Of a stretch of DNA of 64,000 nt, positions 1-11,438 are shown piece after piece (positions within the stretch are counted from its first letter, which is position 1; every line of letters starts with the position of its first letter). Both the position numbers and the translations under genes were made by a program. The DNA is from Octopus sinensis. Its lineage: Eukaryota. A model generated the notes under the pieces. That model searched no databases. It saw only the letters and a list, made by a program, of their open reading frames with translations, and was not told the origin of the DNA. The stretch is taken from assembly GCF_006345805.1 (NCBI RefSeq), contig NC_043013.1, forward strand, positions 25,978,001 to 26,042,000, read 5' to 3'.

Positions 1-60
1 TGGATGTATGCTTGCGCATGTATGTATGAAAGCATATATATGTATATGTATACGCACACA

Positions 61-136
61 TTTATGTATATACATACATACATACATACATACATACATA
101 CATACATACATACATACATACATACACACATACATA
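61..136. repeat. (TACA)n microsatellite
   Basis: Direct tandem TACA units; explains the YIHT-repeat ORFs. Confidence 0.95.
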
Positions 137-1781
137 CCAGACTCTTTCAAATGTTTGGTTTTTATTTTATTTTATTCATTTCGTTTCAATCCGAAAATAC
201 GAAGAAACGCCACTTTATTTGATGTCCATTCTTTCTTTTCCTTAAGACATTACGGCGGTGAGATTTGAGGAAGACGTGGGTTGCTGTTTCTAGGAGATCA
301 AGCGATAGACATAGAAGCACCCTCGTTAACCCGTAGCTGTAAATGATGTTGCGGGTTATTGCACTTGTTGTTGTTGTTGATGACGATGATTATGATGATG
401 ATGATGGTGATGGTGGTGGTGGTGGTGGTGGTGGTGGTGGTCATGATGGTGATGATGATTATGAAATGGTGCAGTCCCAGGAATTTTTCGAAGAAAGGAC
501 ACGAGGTCAGAAAGGAAATACAATTCCAGAAGAAAAGGGCGTAATAACATTATTTAGAAGGGCACACTTCTTATTTTTGAGTGGGGCACGTGCCCCTCGG
601 TGTCACCCCCACCTCCTTGGGTCCGCCCCTGATGATGATGATGATGATGATGATGATTACAGTGAGAGAATAGTTGAGTTATTAAAAAGGGGAGTTTTTG
701 ATGCGATGAAGATAACACAAATTGTATTTCACCTGCTATTCTTTCGGTATCGACTAAATAAATACCAGTGTTGTACTGGGGATCGATGTCTTCGACGTCT
801 CATCTGCCCCAAAATTCAGCCCTTATACTTAGAAAGGATTATTATTATTTCTCTTTTGTTTCGCTTTTTGCCTATTTCGTCTTTATTCTGGCCCCAACGA
901 TATGGACCTTTGGGGGAAAGTAGTACGGATACAAAATCGAACCTAACGACCTTACGACCGTGAGCGATATACCTTGACCTTTGGTATGGACCTTTGGGGC
1001 AAAGTAGTACGGATACGCGCCTTCCCAGATTTACTAAGATAATTAAATGAAATAGGGATACCTGAACATCACTATCAGTTAATTAGTACAAATCATAAGA
1101 GTTTCCGGAGCATTTGTGTCGGGAAAGACACCCTCTCAATTTTGCTTTTCATTCCTCCATGATCGATAAAGTACCAGTCGCGTAATGGGGTCGATGGTAT
1201 TGACTTTGCCCTTACTCTCAAAATTGTTGTGCCTATAATAATAGAAAAGGCGAAAGGGGTTGTGGGGTCTGGACAAGGCTGAGAGGTTTGAAGAAAGACA
1301 CCTTCTTCTTCGGTCAAGCTTTCATCGACTTTTTTTAAAGTTCCACTTTGAAAGGAAAGTGAAGCTGGAGAGGGAAGTGATGCCTTGCAGTGAATTTGTG
1401 AAAAAATGGGTGACTGGCAAAACTGGTTCGAGCGAAGGGCCCTACTCCAAGAATGCACCTGTAGACGGGAGAGCAGGGAGAGACGGTTCGTGCCTTTGGC
1501 GGTCAGGGTAACTATGAACCTATGGGGTCGCTTGGGTGGCCCTAGCTGGAGTTTCGCCTCTAACAGAGGGACCCCATCATTCCCTTTTATTGTATTTCAC
1601 CGTCTTTCCATTACTTTTTCCTCATCCTTTATGTAAATCCCTACACAAATTGTGTGCTTGTGATGTTCCCCTCATCCATGCCCCTGTGGCTAATAAAAGA
1701 AATTATCATTATCGAAAGTTTTATTACAATATCACAAGGTTTTTTTCGTTGTTGTTGACTGTTTTTCTACTCGATGTAAAT

Positions 1782-2048
1782 CAGTGATTCTCAATCGTTT
1801 TCTTCGTATATGAACCCTTTTAATTCCTATTTTACTCAACTGGACCCTCATAGCCATTCGATGTGTATAACAAAACAACCTGCTGTATTTTTATGATTAA
1901 ATATTATTACGAAATCTATAAAAAAAAAAAACAACTGAAATATTTTGTGTATTGCAGAAGTATAACCGATTTTATTGTACATAAATTTTATCTACAAAAT
2001 CTTATAAAGACCCCTAAGGTTCATATGAACTCTGGTTTAGAACCCTTG
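1782..2048. mobile_element. hAT-type MITE
   Basis: Starts cagtgattctcaa and ends ttagaacccttg (degenerate TIR). 8-bp TSD ATGTAAAT at 1774-1781 and 2049-2056. Confidence 0.75.
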
Positions 2049-2645
2049 ATGTAAATAGACCATCACTTATGTTTGTATTTTTCTCACTGTCCTGGGCCTT
2101 CTTGGTTCATAAAAGAAATCCTTGATGATGATGATGATGATTTCTGGCGCAAGGCCAACAATTTCGGGAGAGGAGATAAGTCAATTACATTGACCCCAGT
2201 GCTCAGCTGGTACTTATTTTGTTGACCGCGAAAGGATGAAAGGCAAAGTCGACTTAGGCGAGATTTGAACTCGACAATATCTAAAATGATTGGTCGAGAT
2301 TTTTTTTTTTCAAAGTTGCGGGAATTTCTCGGGACACGTAAAGAGATAAATGAGATTACCCTAAACCTGGATGTTGCTGTCTTGTTTAGCCCTGGGTCAG
2401 CCATGATCGGACAGACCTGTGATTAGTGGTGGCATTCCAGTCACGTCTAATCCGTATTTGCTCTATGTACAAGACCACACCGATTACACTAAGTGTTTTT
2501 TTTTTCCTGAGATAATAAGAGCGTGATTTGATGGAGATTTGACTGCTATTTCTAGCAGGAGCGACCATGCGGTGGCTGCCGAAGCTCTCTTATTGAGAAG
2601 GAAGAACGTCAATGAGGGGAGGAGGAGACAAAGAGAGGGAGAGAA

Positions 2646-2676
<31 letters not shown>

Positions 2677-3380
2677 TATCTATATGAATGGGATTGGCGC
2701 CTTGATTGTGAAAGTTACTGACGACGTGTCTAAACAGATACTCCGAACATTCAGGAATTTATTACCCATCATCGAAGTGCTTAGTTATAGATATTATTAA
2801 CAGTAATATTAATAATCCTTTTTTCTTTTCCTTAAATTCTCTCCTTCAAACATTCATACATCGAAATCGACGGGAGCGACCATCAAACAATAACGATTTT
2901 TTTTATTAGTCACAAGGACAAGCGAAAAATACAGAGTAAAATAATAAACGGTGGTGGTGGTGGTGGTGGTGGGGAGATTCATTTGCATCATGTAAAAAGA
3001 AAAAAGGGAAAAAAAAAACAGGGGCTGAGATTAACAATAACCAACAGTGAAGGCACGTTAATTAATAGATAACAATAGCAGGGCATATAATAATGATCTT
3101 CCTTGTAAACATTAATTTCTTTTATTGGCCACAAGGGGCAGGGCCCAATATGCTGGAGACAGCAGAAGGTAGGGGATACAGAATAGTTGTAGGGACTTAC
3201 ATTGTCTGAAGAAATGGGGCCGGGGCCGGGGTGGGGGTGGGGGGTAAACAATATAAGATGGTAGAAGGTATATCTATCTATTCTGTCAGACTCTACCTAA
3301 TACTTGACAACACCGACAAAAGACATCGACTACTACTGCTATAACTACTACCACCACCACCATCACCATCACCATCACTA

Positions 3381-3424
<44 letters not shown>

Positions 3425-3535
3425 TCCACCGTGAACAAGAGAGAGCCCTTTACACAGTCGCTTGTACTGCTAGAAATACCAACGAAATCTGCTCTATAAG
3501 ATTCGATCAGGCGCTCGATAAGAACAACAACAACA

Positions 3536-3592
<57 letters not shown>

Positions 3593-4019
3593 GTTGCTGC
3601 TGCTGCTGCTGGTTCTTATTTTATTAGAGAGCCCTTTTCATGGTCGCTCGTACTGCTAGAAATACCAACGAAATCACGCCCTAACGTCTTATTAAAAACA
3701 AAAAATGCGACACATTAGTTAAGGTAATCTGAGATACACTGTCTAAAAAAGCAAAACTGGGTTTTAGAAACCTGGGGTGTGCTAAGCTTTGTGAGATTAG
3801 GTTGGGAAGGGTGAGAGTGGGTTCGGCCCTATAAGCCTCTTCACTCCAATCCATCTCTCGCTGCAAACGAGGTACCTTCTCTGCCATTTCTATCAGTGAT
3901 GGTCATGGCTGGAACATCTTTAGTCAGTCACTGACCTCCCTCACATGAGTCTAAACCAGAATTTCTCAAGCAATTTTTGACTATCGAACCCTTTGATGTC
4001 TAAAAACTCCAACTATATT

Positions 4020-4960
4020 TTATGAGTGCGTGGCTGTGTGGTAAGAAACTTGCTTCTCCAACCGAGTTCGGACACTATGTGGTATTTGGGGTTGGGTGTC
4101 TCGTACTATATCCTCGGGTGGACCAAAGCCTTGTGAGTGGATTTGGTAGACGGAAACTGAAAGAAGCCCGTTGTGTGTGTATACAAGGAGAAATAAAAAA
4201 TTATCCGCACTTTTATTATTGTCACGTGATCGAAGTTTGAGCCTGATCGCGCCATTTTTCTTTCTGGCTTTACAGTATAAGCATGGCTGCTCCACTAGCA
4301 ATGTGTACCAAAGAAGAACAAGAACAATGATCCGATTTCTTTTGTCGAATGGTGTGTCACGTGCTGAAATTCATCGTAGGCTTTTAGCACAATATGGGGA
4401 CATTGCATTACCGCGTGTGTTTTAAGGGATCAAGAATTTTAAAAGTGGCCAGACAAGTGTTCCGTGCGAAAAGGGAGCAGGACGCCCGTCAATCTCCACC
4501 ACTGACGAGAAGATTCAGCAAGCTCGAGAGATGGTAGTGATGAACCGGTTCACCATTAACATCTCTCGAATCACTGCTTGTTGTTCTTCTTCGGTGCACA
4601 TTGCTGGTGGAGGGGCCCATGCATACACTGTAAAGCCAGAAAGAAAATATGTGCGGTCAGGCTCAAATTTCGATCACATGACCACAATAGTACCAACTAT
4701 AAGCACGCATGCGTAGAAAGCAGTGTGACAATAATAAAGATATGTTATGGTAAAAATGCGGATAATTTTTGACTCAACCTCGTATATGTGTGTGTTCCCC
4801 ACTACTTCTAACGGTTCGGCAAGACAGACCGAGAGAATAAGTACCAGATTTATAAAAAAAAGAATTCAGTGTTGGGGTCGATTCATTCGACTAAAAATTC
4901 AAGGCAGTGCTCCAGCATGGCCGCAGTCTACTGACTGAAAGTAGTAAAAGATAAAAGATA
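4020..4960 (+). mobile_element. tRNA-headed SINE family 2 (CORE-like centre, internal CA/TA repeat) interrupted by a mariner
   Basis: Shares gtggctgtgtggtaag...gacggaaactgaaagaagcccg...gcatggccgcagtc...gactgaaa with the copies at 9150, 18655, 26005 and others. Confidence 0.8.
4184..4782 (+). mobile_element. Internally deleted mariner element with N-terminal transposase remnant
   Basis: TIRs share aaaaattatccgca / tgcggataattttt and are flanked by TA at 4182-83 and 4783-84. Translation QRRTRTMIRFLLSNGVSRAEIHRRLLAQYG...FKSGQTSV...GAGRPSISTTDEKIQQAREMVVMNR resembles the mariner HTH region. Confidence 0.85.
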
Positions 4961-5134
4961 TATGCAGAAAACTGATTTATTTCTACAATACAGGGAAAAT
5001 TGTTAAAACGTCTTGTGTATTGTAGAAAAGTAACCCGTTTATTTCAGATCAGTTTTATCAACAAAATCTTATGTTGATCCCTAAGGACTATATTGAACCG
5101 CAAGGGCCATATGAACCCAAATTGAGAACCACTG
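4960..5134. mobile_element. Partial hAT-type MITE related to 1782-2048
   Basis: Right TIR ttgagaaccactg at 5122-5134; internal similarity to the 1782 element. Confidence 0.6.
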
Positions 5135-5479
5135 GTCTAACCTATACAACAACAATAACAACAGAAAAAAGAGGAACTAAATATAAGGCTGGGTCCTTAA
5201 ATCAACCCTTAAACCAACGGATATCTTAACTTTCTCTCCCTGTTTATTTCTGTGTTCCTTTCTGTGGAAGAGTGTAGGCTCGAGACTTAAAAGACTTTCT
5301 CACTTCCCGAGCGTTAAACTAATACATCTGTTTGTTGTTTACACACCCGTCTTCGTCTTTTGTTTTTTTTTTGTTTTGTTTTGTAAATTCCAACTATATA
5401 TATATATATATCATTTGTAGAAAACATAAACCCGTAGCAGAAGAACACTCCAAGATGTAGAGCAGTGTATATTTTAATG

Positions 5480-5694
5480 GGGAAGGCTGGTTTACGGGAT
5501 TACTCTGGTTTTCCCGTCCATAAAGGGTTTGGCCTTATGACATATCATCAGACCCCAAAACCTGTTGGCCTAAGACCTCAAGACCTCTTCAAAAGAGATC
5601 TTAGGGCAACAGGTTTTGGGGTCTGACGATATGTCATAAAGCTAAACCCTTTATGGAATGGAAACCCAGGCTAATCCCATAAATCAGCCTTCCC
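5480..5694. repeat. Foldback inverted repeat, about 100-bp diverged arms
   Basis: gggaaggctgg...ataaagggttt...tatgacatatcatcagaccccaaaacctgttg pairs with caacaggttttggggtctgacgatatgtcata...aaaccctttat...cagccttccc. Confidence 0.85.
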
Positions 5695-5894
5695 TATAAA
5701 AAAATATATATATGTATGTATGCATGTCATTATTCAGCTTTATTTCAAAATTTCTTGCCAATAGAGAAAGGGCTGGTTTTCTAACCTTGAGCTATGATTC
5801 CTTCATTGGAATTTCAACGTCAATAGGGTGTTTATGTATGTATGTATGTATGTATGTATGTATGTATGTATGTATGTATGTATGTATGTATGAG

Positions 5895-6078
5895 GACGTA
5901 AACGATATGCAAAGGTACATGAAGCCCAATTACAACTACAGCCGGCTATTGTCAATTCTGTCCAAGACATTGTAGATCTTTAGCTGGGCTAAAAAGCCAC
6001 ATTGGATCACAACACCGTTAACAGTTAGTTAAGCCTCGTGCAATGGCCATACTCGATAACGAGGGGGCAGCCATCATC
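5895..6078 (+). mobile_element. RTE/BovB-like LINE 3' end relic
   Basis: Frame reads GYCQFCPRHCRSLAGLKSHIGSQHR*, like the C-terminal CxxC...GLxSH finger of RTE elements, followed by a short UTR ending in catcatcat. Confidence 0.55.
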
Positions 6079-6380
6079 ATGTATGTCTGTATATACAGCG
6101 TGTGGAAGCGAAAATATACTGACCCTGATGTTCTCTCGGAGTTCCTTCTTATACCTACGAGAAGAACCGCATTTATGTTCGAGAACGAAGGAATGTATAC
6201 ACCTTATCTATTACAACCTCGAAATGGTCGTGGAGATTTTACTCAAAGGAACGAAAATCAGTTCGATAGGTGACCTCATAAATTTCCGGGTACTAAAAAG
6301 AAGTGTCGTAGGAAAATACAGGTTAAGATTTCGATTCTTGGGTATGAATCCAAGAAACGATCTCTTACATGTGTGTGTGT

Positions 6381-6448
<68 letters not shown>

Positions 6449-6749
6449 TGTGTGTTGTTTATGTTTTAAAGTTCTTTGAAATTGTTGTTGTCGACAACTT
6501 CCGTATCGAAGACGAATGGAATATGTTACCTTTTTATAGGAAAATCAATTAAAAGTTAACGTCAAGATGGACCGTATAATTTATAAATGCTACCCGAACG
6601 ATCATATTTTAAAAACCAAAGATTTAAATATTTAATTGCATGTGTGTGTGCGTGTGTAAAATTGATAAATTAGATATAATTTACGATAAAAATCCCTTTA
6701 AATGGTCAAAGGGATCTCTGTAGAAGTATTTGAGAACATCTGTTGCCAA

Positions 6750-6990
6750 GGTGACCAAATTAGCAGTGTCGTGCCGGTAGGGGTCTCGTAAGCGTCCCTC
6801 CCAGAGTTAGAACTATCTGGTAAAATTCATGGCGCTATTTACTTTTGTTAGCAACAAAGGGATCCTCTCTCTGAATGCCAGATTGTGTAATCCCTGTGTA
6901 GGGAGTGCGACGCTACATGACAGCAAAACATGGGCATTGAATGTAGAAGTTTGTGTAAAAACTGGAAAGAAATTAATCGGAAGCCAATGG
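6750..6990 (+). mobile_element. Degenerate RTE fragment (same family as 36.7-40.4 kb)
   Basis: RLCNPCVGSATLHDSKTWALNVE aligns by eye with RLYDACVRTAMLHGSETWAVTAE. Confidence 0.6.
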
Positions 6991-7059
6991 AAAGCCTCCA
7001 CTGCCGACATATCAGAAGTCGCAACTGCCTGTTGTCATAGAAACATATATTGGCGTTGT

Positions 7060-7146
7060 AGCGAAAGGAAATGCCGAGAGTAAAAAACCAAGACGATGCC
7101 AAACACGCCTTCAACGACTTCATCGCCATCAGAACGCAGGATTTTC
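7060..7146 (+). mobile_element. Mariner transposase C-terminal scrap
   Basis: KNQDDAKHAFNDFIAIRTQDF resembles mariner C-termini. Confidence 0.4.
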
Positions 7147-7339
7147 ATCTCTTCCCAAATCCACCCCGATCACCCAAACTCTTTCTTTTGTCATGTTCGC
7201 ACTTCTGCGGCACGAAACCTGTTCTGCGCTGATCCCACCCCTTCTCATATTTCAACCTTTCATCTCCTAGCATACATCCGTTTTTGTCTTGGAGCTCGTT
7301 GTCTCGCAATCAGCTTGGCAACCTCACTAGTGCTGGTGG

Positions 7340-7540
7340 CACGAAAAAAAAAAAAAAAGCATCCAGTCCACATTGTAAAGTGGTTGATGTTAGGATGGGT
7401 ATTGAAATATAGAAACCATGCCAGAGCAGACATTGGAACATAATGCAGCCTTTGGACCCCGACGGATCCTGTCGAACCGTTCCACTCATGCTAGATTAGA
7501 ACATGAAAGTTAAATGAAGATGATGATGATGATGATGATG
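7340..7540 (+). mobile_element. RTE 3'-tail copy
   Basis: gtggttgatgttaggatgggtattg...ccactcatgctag...gttaaatgaagatgatgatg, matching the tail at 36680-36900. Confidence 0.6.
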
Positions 7541-7549
7541 GCGTGTATG

Positions 7550-7599
<50 letters not shown>

Positions 7600-7672
7600 G
7601 TTGTTGTTGTTGTTGTTGTTATTGTTATTGTTGAAATCGATTAGCTTTACTTTCTAATATTTCAATTGCTGA

Positions 7673-7910
7673 AAGCGACGAGTTGGCAGAATCGTTAGCA
7701 CGCCGGGCAAAATTCTTACCTGCATTTCGTCCGTCTTTACGTTCTGAGTTCAAATTCTGCCGCGGTCTACTTTGCTATTCAATTTTTTTTTTTTATGGGG
7801 TGAGGTCGATAAAATAAGTGTCGGTTGATCTCTGGAGTCGCTGTTATCGAATTTCCCACATTCTCGAAATTACTGGTCTTGCGCCAAAATCTGAGGTCAA
7901 ATATTTCAAC
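7673..7910 (+). mobile_element. tRNA-headed SINE family 1
   Basis: A-box-like tggcagaatcgttag, B-box-like gagttcaaattc, core ggtc.actttgc...gtcgataaaataagt. CpGs are retained. Confidence 0.8.
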
Positions 7911-8168
7911 TGTTGCAAATAAATAAGAATAAACACCTTGAACGATCCGTCATTCTAAGCTATTTCATTCCCCACTTAAACCTAATGTGGAACCCATAAA
8001 AGCCTGACGTCATCTAAGCAGACGTTTTTTTCATCGTTGTTATGTCGTCTGCCTGACTTCACAGAATTCTCGAATGTAACATAACTGTGCACCTTTATAT
8101 GGCCTCCCCTGTTTTATTTATTTCTTTTTAAGTGAATAAACATTGTTTCATGTAAACACGCATATATA

Positions 8169-8212
<44 letters not shown>

Positions 8213-8397
8213 AACATTACTTTCCTTAAATATAAACAGGACTGCGATATTTTTAATATTACATCACAGGAGACAGCGATGTTTTGACAAATTACTCACT
8301 AATTTTAAACTTCAGTGGCTTCTCATAACAAAAGCATGTATGTATGCCGTAAACATAGGGAATTACAAGGGGTTTCATGTACACATATACATAAACG

Positions 8398-8438
<41 letters not shown>

Positions 8439-8728
8439 TCATACTTGTAGACCCATTCACATTCATGCTATCTCATCGGAAACCGTGTGTGCGTTGTAGG
8501 CTGGTACAAGGAAGTCTCTGTGTTACTTATTCGTAGCAGCAGCATCTGGAATTAAACCTATCTCAAAGGAACGTTTTGCATATTGAACACAAATATGGAA
8601 AGGGCACATTTCTATAATATATTTGTAATAATTTGAATTTAGCCAGTAGAATATTAAGTGAGGCATATTTTTTCTCAGTACCCCATTGTTGATATTCATG
8701 TTCAGTATTAGTACAAATGCACTCACAC

Positions 8729-8777
<49 letters not shown>

Positions 8778-8796
8778 ACACACACACACACACACA

Positions 8797-9130
8797 TACT
8801 GGTACTCAGTCGGTTACGACGACGGGGGTTCCAGTTAACCCGAGCTACGGAGCAGCCCCATCGTGAAATTAATTAACGTGCAAATGGCTGAGCACTCCAC
8901 AGACACGCGTGCCCTTAACAGAGTTCTCAGGGAGGTTCAGCGTGACACAGAGTGTGACAAGGTTGATCATTTCAATTCCAGGTACAACTCATCTTTTGCC
9001 AACCAAGTTGATGGAAGCGACGTGAAATAAAGTGCCTTGCTCAAGGACACAACACGTCGCCGGGAATCGAACTCACGACCTAACGATCGTGAACCGAATA
9101 ACCCTAACCTCTAAGCTACGTGCCTTCACG
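8797..9130 (-). mobile_element. tRNA-headed SINE family 3 (V/CORE-like gtgtccttgagcaag core)
   Basis: Homologous to 27440-27710 and 60165-60485; tRNA-like head at the high-coordinate end. Confidence 0.8.
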
Positions 9131-9149
9131 CTAAAACATACATATAACC

Positions 9150-9270
9150 GCAGGAGTGGCTGTGTGGTAAGTAACTTGCTTACCAATCACATACTTCCGG
9201 GTTCAGTCGCACAGGCTGACCAAAGCCTTGTGAGTGGATTTGCTAAGCGGAAACTGAAAGAAGCTCGTTG

Positions 9271-9334
<64 letters not shown>

Positions 9335-9535
9335 TGTTTGTCACCCCATCATCGCTTGACAATCGATGTTCGTGTGTTTACGTCCCCGTAACTTAGCAGT
9401 TCGGCAAAACAGAACCGATAGGATAAGTACTAGGCTTACAAAGAATAAGTCCCGAGAGTCGATTTGTTCGACTAAAGGCGGTGCCCTAGCATGGCTGCAG
9501 TCAAATGACTGAGACAAATAAAGAAAAGAAAAAGA
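9150..9535 (+). mobile_element. SINE family 2, near full length
   Basis: Head gcaggagtggctgtgtggtaag, B-box-like gggttcagtc, internal (TA)(TG) repeat, tail gactgagacaaataaagaaaag. Confidence 0.85.
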
Positions 9536-9739
9536 ATACGCAGGTACTTCAACACTGATTCACTCTCTTTCTCTACCCTCTTTCCCTCTCTCTCTCTCCT
9601 GCGTTATTGCTAATCAATCAAATTGATGTGTCATACACGAACTCTCAGGCCTTGAGTCACTGTTGTAACTTTCTGCCGATTGTGCATTATTTACATTATT
9701 TACATTTGACGGATTTTTGTCCTCATCTTCTTGATTGTT

Positions 9740-9785
9740 AACACAACGTTTCGACTGATATACCCTCCAGCCTTCATCAGGTGTC
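9740..9785 (-). ncRNA. Minimal type I hammerhead ribozyme motif, family A
   Basis: Reverse complement reads GACAC CTGATGA A GGCTG gagggtatat CAGTC GAAA CG T T GTGTT: stem I, core, stem II, GAAA, palindromic AACGTT. Confidence 0.75.
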
Positions 9786-9852
9786 TTGGGGAACTTTCGA
9801 ACCTGGGTCCTCATTCCTAAGATATCTTTCGATGTTATTATTATTATTATTA

Positions 9853-10406
9853 TTGAGTGAGAGAGCAGTGCATGCCATCAAAGTGACACTGGGGTAAAAT
9901 ATACGAAGCCCAATATACCCATCATGACTACCCGTCTGATAAGGGTACACCAGGCACATGCATCACAACCATATGTGCGCGACATGGTGATCTCATATCA
10001 AGATAAACAGCACATGACCTTGCAGGTGGGCCCAGTTAGAATTTTCTTCAGGTTGAGTAGCCCATCCCGCTCAAAAGGTCCCGAATAAGAGTTGCTTAAG
10101 GATGTTGAACGAAACACCCATGTTTCCAGAGGTGAATTATTCAAACCCCAAAGAATTCCTCTCAACACATGGCTATGATGCTCCCCCACTACTTCTGCTC
10201 GTGATCAGAGATGCACATATCGTCAGCCACTAAGGGACATGCTCAACTGGTTAAGGTCAAACAACTGACAAGCAAATCTGTGGTATTGAGCAGAATATTT
10301 GCTGTAGCCCATCTTTTATACCAAGACAAAACAATGTACATGATAACACTTCCAATCAGTTAAGATCAGAAGCCATGAGAGCCACTGCCTGGTACTGCAT
10401 CAGGGC

Positions 10407-10408
<2 letters not shown>
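9853..10408 (-). mobile_element. About 560-bp (AAT)n-tailed retroelement 3' portion
   Basis: Near-identical copies at 23165-23680 and 33116-33430 share the end gctctctcactc(aat)n and differ in 5' truncation. Confidence 0.75.
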
Positions 10409-10440
<32 letters not shown>

Positions 10441-10444
<4 letters not shown>

Positions 10445-10552
10445 GTTTGACTTTTGCTTTATGTCTGTACAAGTTGGCTCCAAGTCTCATCTCTTGAGGT
10501 CTCTGGGTGAGACTTGGAGCCAACTTGTACAGGCATAAAGCAAAAGTCAAAC

Positions 10553-10556
<4 letters not shown>
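10441..10556. repeat. Palindrome made of two R4/Dong-like 3' tips
   Basis: 49-bp arms (10441-10489, 10508-10556) with 1 mismatch and an 18-nt spacer. The arm matches the tip of the 34183-34445 element. Confidence 0.9.
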
Positions 10557-10640
<84 letters not shown>

Positions 10641-10706
10641 TCGAAAAATATCTTAGGACCCAGGTTCGAAATTTCGAATGAGGACCCAGGTTCGAAATTT
10701 CCCCAA

Positions 10707-10752
10707 GACACCTGATGAAGGCTGGAGGGTATATCAGTCGAAACGTTGTGTT
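10707..10752 (+). ncRNA. Minimal type I hammerhead motif, family A
   Basis: GACAC CTGATGA A GGCTG gagggtatat CAGTC GAAA CGTT GTGTT. Confidence 0.75.
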
Positions 10753-10966
10753 AACAATAAAGAAGATGAGGACAAATATCCGTCAAATGTAAATAATGTA
10801 AATAATGCACAATCGGTAGAAAGTTACAACAGTGACTCAAGGCCTGAGAGTTCGAGTATGACTCATCAATTTGATTGATTAGCAATAACGCAGGAGAGAG
10901 AGAGAGAGGGAAAGAGGGTAGAGAAAGAGAGTGAATCAGTGTTGAAGTATCTGCGTATTCTTTTTC

Positions 10967-11034
<68 letters not shown>

Positions 11035-11045
11035 CGGTCACTGCC

Positions 11046-11085
11046 CTACTAATCCCAAGATTCCGAGTTCGATTCCAGGCAGTGA

Positions 11086-11163
<78 letters not shown>

Positions 11164-11191
11164 TAATATAATAATAATAATAATAATAATA

Positions 11192-11233
<42 letters not shown>

Positions 11234-11438
11234 CTAATAATAATAATAACAAAAACAACAACAACATCAAAAAATATCTTAGGAATGTGAACCCAGGTTC
11301 GAAATTTCCCCAAGACACCTGATGAAGGCTGGAGGGTATATCAGCCGAAACGTTGTGTTAACAACAAACGAGATGAGGACAAATATCCGTCAGATATAAA
11401 TAATGTACATAATTCCTCATCTCTTAAATATAGAACTG
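11046..11438 (+). mobile_element. Composite element: truncated tRNA-like head + (AAT/GAT)n + hammerhead body
   Basis: B-box gagttcgattcc at 11065-11076, microsatellite spacer, body acatc.aaaaata.cttaggaatg.gaacccaggttcgaaatttccccaagacacctgatga...aaatatagaactg. Confidence 0.8.
11314..11359 (+). ncRNA. Minimal type I hammerhead motif, family A (best-preserved copy)
   Basis: GACAC CTGATGA A GGCTG gagggtatat CAGCC GAAA CGTT GTGTT, with a perfect 5-bp stem II. Confidence 0.8.

Noticed and set aside
245-270. tacggcg|gtgaga as the donor of the SLC6 TM1 exon (YGG)
   Set aside because: The upstream sequence lacks GNxWRFPY and lies in a dispersed repeat.
343-963. 206-aa ORF and the many other ORFs rich in poly-Y/I, H/T, V/C, N or D
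   Set aside because: They are translations of microsatellites and SINE fragments with no domain signal.
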